The position numbers were made by a program, and so were the translations under genes. Below, piece after piece: positions 50,440 to 64,000 of a DNA stretch of 64,000 nt (the first letter of the stretch is position 1; every line of letters starts with the position of its first letter). Below the pieces are notes generated by a model that was not told where the DNA came from, ran no database searches, and was given only the letters and a program-made list of their open reading frames with translations. This stretch comes from Eledone cirrhosa (Eukaryota), in NCBI GenBank assembly GCA_964016885.1, contig OZ024754.1, positions 26,660,001-26,724,000 of the forward strand, written 5' to 3'.

Positions 50440-53400
50440 ATGGCTGGTTTACGAGTTGGAACCGTGAATGTGCGTGGCCTAGGGATGCCCTGGAAACAGG
50501 GCCAACTTTTAAACGACCTTAGGTCACACAGTATGGATGTGATAGCCATCACCGAGTCCAGAATCCACAACAGGCAGCAACTAACCCCCATCTTCGACGA
50601 CTTTGAGATCTACGCATCTCTCTGTCAGCCAGGAGGTGGAGGTGGAGTGGCTGTTATGTTTCGGAAGAACCTGGACGTCGGAGTACAGCAAGTACACTTG
50701 GACCCGGAGGGTAGACTGGTAGTCCTAGACGTGAACAGTATCGGAGGTGGAGCCTTCAGACTGGTGGCCGTTTATGCCCCGACCGGGCAATCGCAATCAC
50801 GGCCAGACTTCTTTAAGCGTCTAGAGTCTTTTCTGGGAACGTCTCGCTCCTTACTTTTAGTGGGGGACTGGAATGGTATCCTAGATGCACGATGGGACTA
50901 TGTGGGAGCATGTCCCAGTAGAGCGGGGTGCAACAGCCTCAAAACTTTAATCGGCCAATTCCAACTGGCCGATAGGTATCGACTGGATTTCCCGACTGCA
51001 CCACAGTGGACGTGGGTAAACCGCAGTGGGACATCTAGATCGTATTTAGATAGGTTCTTCATTAGAGAAAGGGACAATGATATGTTAAGCTGTCCACGAA
51101 TGCACATGGTTGCCTATTCAGATCACAAGTTAGTCGTCTGCTTAGTCAACCGTGATAGAATACATAGACAGGGTCCCGGATACTGGAAGCTGAACGTGTC
51201 GTTGCCGGCACGTAAAGCTTACAGTGAACGGATAAGTAAACTAGTCAAGCAACAGTTAACGGGAGCCATCGTCAACAATAGATGGTGGTACTCTCTCAAG
51301 AAAGCAATTAGAATAGAATCGATAGGGTATAGCAGAGAGTTAGCCTTAGAGAAAAACAGAATAGAAAGAGAACTAGTAGCCAAGGTAGAGGAGGCACTTA
51401 GAAGTGGCAACGCGGCTAGAGTGTTAGCGTCGAGAACGGCACTGGACCAGTTCTTCGATGCGAAACACGAAGGCTGCGTGGTCAGAAGCAAAACACGTGC
51501 TCTAGGAAACGAAGGAGCGAAAGCTGTCAGCTGGGCCCGAGTGGCGGAGGCAAAAAGTGGCAACAAGTCCACGATTCGGTCTTTGAAAGACCAAAACGGA
51601 CGCGTGCTACTTGACCCCAAGCAAATGTGCGCGGCCTTTCAGCGGCACTTTGCGCGACTGTTTGAGCAGAACGACGGTGAGCCGAACGGGGCAATGGACT
51701 TTAGTTCATACCTCGACGGCCTGCCGCGTCTCTCGAACACGGACGCCGAGTTCTGCGAAAGACCGATCACGGACACTGAGATACGGGACGCTCTGGGCCG
51801 CTGCGGGAAACGCAAGTCACCCGGTCTAGATGGTCTACCCTACGAATTTTACATAGGCATGCCGGACTTGTTCTCTGGCGTCCTCGAAGCCGTCTACTGC
51901 AATTGGCAGCAGAACGGGAGAATTCCCAGTTCTGCAGGCAAGGGCGTAGTAACGCTGATCAGGAAAGATGAGAACAAGGGGGACGAAATTAACAACTTCA
52001 GGCCCATAACTCTGCTCAACACAGAGTTAAAGATGTTGGCCAAGGTGCTAGCGACGAGGTTGGCGCTTGTCGTCGAGAACCTGGTAGGGAAAGCGCAAAC
52101 GTGTGCAATCCCGACCAGGTCCATACACGACAACCTCCACCTCATGCGATACATCATAGAGAGGGTGGGTAGTAAACCCGGCTTCGGTGGGGCTCTGATC
52201 AACTTGGATCAGTCTAAGGCATTCGATAGGGTCGACCATCGATACTTGGAAGCGGTTCTCAAGGCGGCCGGTTTCGGTCCCGTGTTCAGAGGATGGATCG
52301 AGGTGATGCACACCAGCATCTGCTCGAGGGTCAAGGTGAACGGCTACCTATCGGAGCCGTTCGCAATCACGCGTTCCATTCGACAGGGATGCCCTCTCTC
52401 CTCCATTCTGTATGTATTGACTCTGCGGAAATTGGAGCTGTTGCAGGGCATCCCCCTAGAACCGGGACTGCGCAAAGCGGCGTCGGCTTATGCCGACGAC
52501 GTGACAGTAATGGTGTCGAGCACCTCGGAAATCGGGGTGATCGGCAACATACTGAAAGAATACGAAACGCTGACGGGAGCAAAACTAAACCCAGACAAGT
52601 CTGTCGGTTTGCAACTCGGTACGTGGAGAGGCAAACCGATGACATCCGACAGCGTCGTTGGACGCTGGACGGACGGACCGGTGAAATTGCTCGGGGTCTG
52701 GTTCGGTCCAGACCTCCAGGTGGAGAAAAACTGGAACGAGGTCACGGCCAAGGTGTTTGCACTCACTCAGAAGTGGGCAGAGTGCAAACTGTCCTTGAAA
52801 GGTCGAGCGGAGGTGGCGAACACTTTCATAGCGTCCGTCATCTACTACCGCTTGACTATCGTGCCTTGTCCCCGTGAACACCTCGCCAAGATGGAACGCA
52901 TGCTCTTCCAGTTTCTGTGGAAGAAGCAGGCTCCGCTGGTGAGGAGATCCGTCTGCTGTCAGCACCCTTCCAACGGAGGGCTGGGAATGCCGTGGCTGAT
53001 GATGCGCAAACATGCGCTGAGGCTGCGGCATCTCCAGGTATTCCTTACCGACCCCCCAACCGGTGTGGGCACCGTTTGTGAGACAGGCTTTCCCACAGCT
53101 CGTCTCGCTAACGGAGCTGCAGTCCTGGGTGAAGAAAAGACCGAAAACGATGGGCGCCTGGCACATTGAATGCGCTCAGGCGCTCACAGTCCTCTGGCAA
53201 GCGGGCGCAGCAATCAGTGGAGACTCCACTTCGACATTCTATAGAGGGATTGTACGTTACAAGGGCGACGACGTGCTCGGAGAGACTCTGGGCGTCGAAG
53301 ACGATGAGCTCACCAGTATGTTTGGTAGGACTTTCCGCCCGGGACCTATGGACAACTTCCAGAGGTCCCTGGCCTGGCAGTGCTACCGAGGAGCTCTACC

Positions 53401-53520
53401 GGTTCGTGACAAGATCTACAGGCACGGACGCCCTGGCAGGGATCCTTCCAAGAGGACGTGTCCAAGATGTGCGCAGGACATTGAAACAGTTCTGCACGCA
53501 ATTGTACACTGCCCGGGCGT
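50440..53520 (+). CDS. Tx1-like ORF2 copy A (APE endonuclease, RT, start of zf-RVT); frameshift at C-run near 53052, truncated at 53520
   Basis: GTVNVRGL, VYAP, GDWN, SYLDR, SDH, WKLN, KSPGLDG, FRPITLLN, DQSKAFDRV, RQGCPLS, YADD. Confidence 0.9.
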
Positions 53521-56455
53521 AAGTTAATCGACCGATTTGACCTGGCCGATAGATATCGACTAGATTTTCCGACTGCGCCACTGTGGACGTGGAGTAATCG
53601 TAGCGGAACATCTAGATCGTACCTAGATAGGGTTCTAGTTAGAAATAAGGATAGGGACATGTTAAGCTGTCCACAAATGTTCATGGTTGCCTATTCAGAT
53701 CACAAACTAGTGACCTGCATGGCCAACCTTGATAGAACCCATAGACAAGGACCCGGCTACTGGAAGCTGAACTTGTCGTTACCGACAAGCAAAGCCTACA
53801 GTAGACGGATTAGCACTTTAGTTAAACAGCACTTGACAGGGGCCATTGTCAACAACAGATGGTGGTACTCTCTCAAGAGGGCAGTTAGATTAGACTCGAT
53901 AGTTTTTAGTAAAGAATTAGATAGAAATAGAACCGAGAAGGAACTGGTAGATAAAGTAGAAGAGGCAATTAGAAGTGGCAACGTAGCCAGCGTGCTAGCA
54001 ACGAGAACGGCCTTGGACCAGTTCTTCGACGCAAAGCACGAGGGCTGCGTTGTCAGAAGCAAAATACGTGCTCTGGGAAACGAGGGAGCCAAAGCTGTTA
54101 GCTGGGCCCGAGTGACGGAGGCAAAAAGTGGCAACAAGTCCACGATTCGGTCTTTGAAGGACCAAAACGGACGCGTGATACGTGAGCCGAAGCAGATGTG
54201 TGCGGCTTTTCAGCGGCACTTTGCTCGGCTGCTCGGGGGGGGGGGGGGGCGCCGGGAGAGGCTATGGATTTCGGTCCATACCTCGACGGCCGACCGCGAC
54301 TCTCGGACAGCGAGGCAAAGTTCTGCGAAAAGCCGATTTCAGCCACTGAGATAGGGGACGCGCTGAGCCAATGCGGCAAACGCAAATCTCCAGGTCTCGA
54401 CGGTCTACCCTACGAATTTTACGTAGCAATGCCGGACTTATTCTCCGGTCTCCTAGAAGCGGTCTACTGCAACTGGCAACAGAACGGGAGAATTCCCAGT
54501 TCTGTAACCGGGGGCGTGGTCACACTAATCAGGAAGGACGAGAATAAGGGGGATGACATAGGCAACTTCCGGCCCATAACTCTGCTAAACACAGAGTTAC
54601 AGTTTTTGGCCAAGGTGTTGGCAAAGAGGCTGGTGCTTGTCGTCGAGAACCTGGTGGAAGAAGCGCAGACATGCGCAATCCCGACCAGGTCCATACACGA
54701 CAACCTCTACCTCATGCGATACATCATAGAGAGGGTAGGGTGTAAACCCGGCTTCGGTGGGGCCCTGATAAACTTGGATCAGTCTAAGGCTTTCGATAGG
54801 GTTGACCATCGTTACCTGGATGCGGTGCTCGAGGCGGCAGGCTTCGGACCCGTGTTCAGGGGCTGGATTGCTGCAATGCACAACAGCAACATCTGCTCAA
54901 GGGTCAAGGTGAACGGCTACCTCTCGGAGCCGTTCCATATTACGCGATCCATTCGACAGGGATGCCCTCTCTCCTCCCTTCTGTACGTACTGACTCTCGA
55001 GCCACTACTGCGGAAGCTGGAGCTATTGCAGGGCATCCCTCTGGAACCGGGACTGCGGAAAGCGGCGTCGGCCTATGCCGACGACGTTACAGTAATGGTG
55101 TTGAGCGCCTCGCAAATCGAGGAAGTCGGCACCTTACTGAAAGAATACGAAAGTCTCACAGGAGCGAAGCTGAACCGGGACAAGTCCATCGGTTTGCAAC
55201 TCGGATCGTGGAGAGGCAAACCGATGCCTTCCGATGGCGTCGTCGGACGCTGGACGGAAGGACCGGTAAAGCTGCTCGGGGTCTGTTTGGTCCGGACCTC
55301 CAGGTGGAGAAGAACTGGAACGAAGTGACGGCCAAGTTGTTTGCACTCACCCAGAAGTGGGCCGAGTGCAAACTATCCTTGAAAGGTCGAGCGGAGGTGG
55401 CGAACACTTTTATAGCGTCCGCCATCTACTACCGCTTGACCGTCGTGCTTTGTCCAGCCAAAACGCTCGCCAAAATGGAGCGCGCGCTCTTCCGATTCCT
55501 TTGGAAGAGGCGGGCTCCTTTGGTGAGAAGATCCATCTGCTGCCAACACCCTTCTAACGGAGGGCTGGGGATGCCGTGGTTGACGATGCGCAAACACGCG
55601 CTCAGGCTGCGGTATCTCTACGTATTCCTCACCAGACAACCGGTGTGGGCCCCGTTCGTGAGGCGAGCCTTCCCACGACTCGTCTCGCTGACCGAGCTGC
55701 AGTCCTGGGTCAAGCAAAGACCGAGGAAAATGGGCGACTGGCACATCGAATGTGCTCAGGCGCTCACAGCCCTCTGGCAGGCGGACCCGGCGATCAGTGG
55801 AGACTCCACTTCGTCATTCTATAGAGGGTTGGTCCGCAGCAAGTGCGACGACGCGCTCGGTGAAACTCTAGGCGTAGAGGAAGATGAACTGGCCAGTCTG
55901 TTCGGTAGGACCTTCCACCCGGGACCGATGGACAACTTCCAAATGTCCCTGGCCTGGCAATGCTACCGAGGAGCTCTACCAGTTCGAGACAAGCTCTACA
56001 GACATGGGCGCCCGGGCAGGGACCCTGCAAAAAAGATCTGTCCGAGGTGCGTGCGAGACGAAGAAACCGTCGCGCACGCATTCATACACCTCCCGGGCGT
56101 CACTGACCTGTGGGGCTATGTAGAACGACTATTGTCGCGGGTGGGACCAATCCAGTTGACCACCGAGTCCATTGTCATGATCAAACCGCCACCCTCCTTC
56201 AAAAACGAAGGAGAGGCGGTTTTCCTTTGTGTGATAGCTATGGCGAAAGAGGTTGTATGGTGGACAAGGTTGAAAGGGCTGAGGTCAGACACCTTTCTCT
56301 CCGGCCAACAACTGATTCTTTTTTTCAAATACCACTTTGGAAGAAGAATCAGGATGGAGAGAGAGGTGCTGTACCCCAGCAAGTTTTATGAAAGGTGGGT
56401 GAAAGTGGCGAGAATGGCCCGAGTGAATGGGCCTTCTCTCTATATCAGCCTGTAG
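53521..56455 (+). pseudogene. Tx1-like ORF2 copy B, 5'-truncated, with frameshifts at the G-run near 54235-54249 and near 55285
   Basis: ORFs 53659-54354, 54198-55328 and 54962-56455 tile a second ORF2 through its stop codon. Confidence 0.88.
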
Positions 56456-56706
56456 GTTGAGGAAAAGGAGGAGGAGAGGAAAGGAGTACAAACTCTTCGT
56501 ACTCCTGGAGATGAGGGTTGCACATTTTTTTTCGGGTGTATGTGTTACCCATATAAACTGTCTCCCTCTATTGGGGAAAATCGACTAACTTTTTAAATTC
56601 CATTTGTGATAACATTTTACACGTTTTTATTGTATGTAAACTTCCCCCTTTGTATTTGTCCCCTTCTTTTGTGCCCCTGTGGCTAATAAAGAAATCTATC
56701 TATCTA

Positions 56707-56791
<85 letters not shown>

Positions 56792-56906
56792 ACGGACATA
56801 CACATACATATACATACGCACACACAAATACATACACACAAACACACACTCACTTCCCCCTTTGTATTTGTCCCCTTCTTTTGTGCCCCTGTGGCTAATA
56901 AAGAAA

Positions 56907-61228
<4,322 letters not shown>

Positions 61229-61723
61229 TCTCGATAAAAGCACTGGATATGTAATCCTGAAGATTTCTAATAAGAATGAAACGCGTAGGTTACTTCCCTT
61301 GCTTTTATCGAGAATCTAATTGTAATACGTGACGTATTCTATTCTATAGCGATTAGGTCTTCAAAATGTTTATTATAAACATACAGAATATTTTCGAATA
61401 TTCTATGTCTATCTTCACATATATATCGCTATTTCAGAGCATTTAATCCAATTTCTAATTTCTGCCGGACCGGCAACCGCTCTTTCAAACCAGTTCCTGT
61501 ACACAGCTAAGTATTCTATAAGTCTCTAGCTGTGTCATTCTCGATAAAAGCACTGGATATGTAATCCTGAAGATTTCTAATAAGAATGAAACGCGTAGGT
61601 TACTTTCCTTGCTTTTATCGAGAATCTAATTGTAATACGTGACGTATTCTATTCTATAGCGATTAGGTCTTCAAAATGTTTATTATAAACATACAGAATA
61701 TTTTCGAATATTCTATGTCTATC

Positions 61724-61727
<4 letters not shown>
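61229..61727 (+). repeat. About 1.6 inverted copies of the 310-bp unit, with hammerhead motifs at 61251-61293 and 61561-61603, ending in (TA)n
   Basis: Reverse complement of the array unit; one substitution near 61606. Confidence 0.93.
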
Positions 61728-61786
<59 letters not shown>

Positions 61787-61884
61787 ACGGACATACACAT
61801 ACATATACATACGCACACACAAATACATACACACAAACACACACTCACACGCAAGCACGCACGCACGCAAGCACGCACGTGCGG

Positions 61885-62325
61885 GTGTCTGTAGACCGTA
61901 TGCATTTCCACAGTATTTTCACCAAACTTAAGACATAGGTTACTTATGTACTCCGGATGGTCATGGGTAATTTCATTTTTCCAGATATTGATTATAGGGC
62001 CTCCCGGCAGATAACCCCCTTTAACCGCTTCCTTGGAGTCGACTGAAGCACTGTAGTGCAATGCAACAAAACGTCAACTTCTGGAGTTCGCAACCGATTT
62101 TCACAAAGCTTGACACATGGGCTACGTTTGTTCTACAGATGAATGTGAATTGGCACATATTGAATAGGGGACCCCTGATGATTTTGTAAAAGTATAGTTT
62201 TTGAAGCAGCACTGAAGTATTGACATAAATGGTGTGCCCCAGCATGGCCTCAGCCGGATGGCTGAAAAAGGTAAAAGAGTATAACTGCTATTTAATACCC
62301 GAGCAACGCGGGGTACCTCTGCTAG
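61885..62325 (+). mobile_element. Non-autonomous Helitron-like element, 3' part
   Basis: Subterminal imperfect hairpin taccc-gagcaacgcg-gggta followed by CTAG|T; internal caaccgattttcacaaagcttg resembles motifs of invertebrate non-autonomous Helitrons (from memory). Confidence 0.5.
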
Positions 62326-62484
62326 TATATATATATATATATATATATACATACACACACACCCACATATATATATTTGATCGAATTTCTCTCAAAAGAT
62401 TATTCAATTGATTCGTTAAACCTTAGTTCACCAACATGCTGTAACCAGAATCATTAACTTCCTGTGCTCTCTCTCGCCCCCCCC

Positions 62485-62524
<40 letters not shown>

Positions 62525-62795
62525 TTTCCACAGAGCAGCGCGTGTGTGTAAGTGGGGGGTATGTCGGTAACAGCTGAGAGAATGGAGTACCCAATACTGA
62601 AGTAGAGTTTAAATATTCATTATATTAAGGCTAGAAAGTGAGTTTTATTACTTTGGAGTTTTGCTTGTTTATCACAGGGTCATCAGACAGAACAAGACAG
62701 ACTTCTTGTCTGATGACCCTGTGATAAACAGGCAAAACTACAGGGTAACAAGACTCACTTTCTAGCCTTAATACAATGAATATATATATATATAT

Positions 62796-63468
62796 ATTCT
62801 GAATCATTGAGCACTTTTCGCACATCTCGGAGGTTGTTTTTCGTTATTTCGTGGGCCGAAATGCGAATCTCAATAATTTATGTTTGTATTTATCTCCAGA
62901 CTCTAGCTATTGACCAGTTAATTTTCTTGATTTTTTAGTTGATTCTATTGACTGATGAATAGCTTATGTTAATTTTAACCCTTCTGTTGAGAACTCTATT
63001 CGATTTGTGATGTTTTTGCATTCTTGCAAGAATATACACAACTGAATTCATTCGCCAGATATAGGGGTTGCCTCCCTTACCGATCCCCAAGTGGGGTCGG
63101 CAATAGTCAGTCCTTGTATTAACATTGAACTAAAACCTGTTGAGAAAGTGGCTTCCTTGTTCAATCATCTTACCATAAGCCTGACATTATATATGTAAGC
63201 GGACGGTACTTGATTTAGGAGCCGCAGAAACCCATATACTGGATTTTACCAACCTTCCAGGGGTCCGGGTAAATTTTCAATACCCGAATTACTTGATCGT
63301 TTTTTTGGCTATGCGAATGATTGTTTAACCATCGTCTCAGTGTGTTTGGCCTTTAACGTTTGTTATAGCTCTGGTTCTTCTGAATCATTGAGCACTTGCC
63401 GCACATCTCGGAGGTTGTTTTTCGTTATTTCGTGGGCCGAAATGCGAATCTCGATAATTTATGTTTGT
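62796..63468. repeat. Direct repeats of about 90 bp (62796-62887 and 63378-63468) bounding a (TA)n-flanked decayed element, possibly PLE-derived
   Basis: ttctgaatcattgagcactt..cgcacatctcggaggttg...aatttatgtttgt occurs twice. Confidence 0.55.
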
Positions 63469-64000
63469 TTATATATATATATATATATATTTAAAAAAAT
63501 AGAGGTGTAACACACGAGTTGTGATAGGAAAAGAAAATGCTGACAAATTTTTCCCAGTGAAAAATAGTTTAATTAGGAATAAGTATAAATTAGTAATATG
63601 TATTGGTTAGTATTCAGTTTTAGTTTTACGTTTTTACCGGTTGCGCATTTCTAATGCTTTTCAAAAACAATTTTGAGATAGAGCGCTCGTGATGTTTGGT
63701 CTATTAAAGCTACAACATACCCGCTCAGGCTAAGAACGAAAGACTTGCTGAAGAAGTAAATCCTATGTTCTGTCGTCAAAACCATTATATTGCAGACTCC
63801 TGCAATAGGAATTTGTCGATCTTGGATTTGCAGGAACTTAGCGCTGATATTGAGTGCTATATGTGATCTGCATGGTTGATATACAATGTAAGTTATATAT
63901 TTTGCACTCGGCCTCACCGCTACGTCCGGGTCAGTATAAAATCTTTTCCTGGGTCCTGTATTTTCGTTGCTCGAGTGATGCGGCTGGACTGCCGACCGCT

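Larger units (their letters stand above)
48309..56694 (+). mobile_element. Composite Tx1-like LINE locus: copy A (5' UTR, ORF1, ORF2 to 53520) joined to 5'-truncated copy B (53521-56694), bounded by (TATC)n on both sides
   Basis: (ATCT)n at 48217-48308 upstream and tctatctatctatcta after aataaagaaa downstream; ORF2 sequence restarts in the endonuclease domain at 53521. Confidence 0.9.

Noticed and set aside
50440-56455. GC-rich block as bacterial contamination or horizontal transfer
   Set aside because: It is LINE ORF2 sequence with a matching 3' UTR and host microsatellite flanks
62945-62975. CTGATGA followed by a possible stem
   Set aside because: No downstream GAAA-NUH or helix I pairing found
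63651-63917. 88-aa minus-strand ORF as a gene
   Set aside because: No recognisable motif; it overlaps a dispersed repeat also present at 1725-1941

Overview
AT-rich, microsatellite-dense animal genomic DNA. The SINE types suggest a mollusc, probably an octopod cephalopod; this is inference. One host gene is present: CDC123 on the minus strand, which I rebuilt by hand as 12 GT-AG exons (40146 to 23460, 1053 nt, 350 aa). The rest is mobile DNA: Tx1/L1-clade LINEs in (TATC)n, R4/Dong-like RLE retroelements in (CATA)n, RTE fragments, decayed Penelope-like elements (PLEs), many tRNA-derived SINEs, MITEs and minisatellites. The standout is 57033-61727, a nearly homogeneous array of a non-coding 310-bp unit inserted in (TA)n. 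It has 13 full copies, one partial copy and about 1.6 inverted copies. Every unit carries a minimal type I hammerhead ribozyme motif (GUAAUC-CUGAAGA-stem II-GAAACGCGUA^GGUUAC) inside a long extended helix I. The array flips orientation within 2 nt of the predicted self-cleavage site. This fits a retrozyme-like or PLE-mobilised circular-RNA element, and other hammerhead motifs and head-to-head PLE-type insertions occur elsewhere in the window. CDC123 introns also hold an inverted-repeat pair bracketing exons 5-6 and a roughly 970-nt AG-free minisatellite before exon 5. All calls are from manual reading; no searches or folding programs were run.
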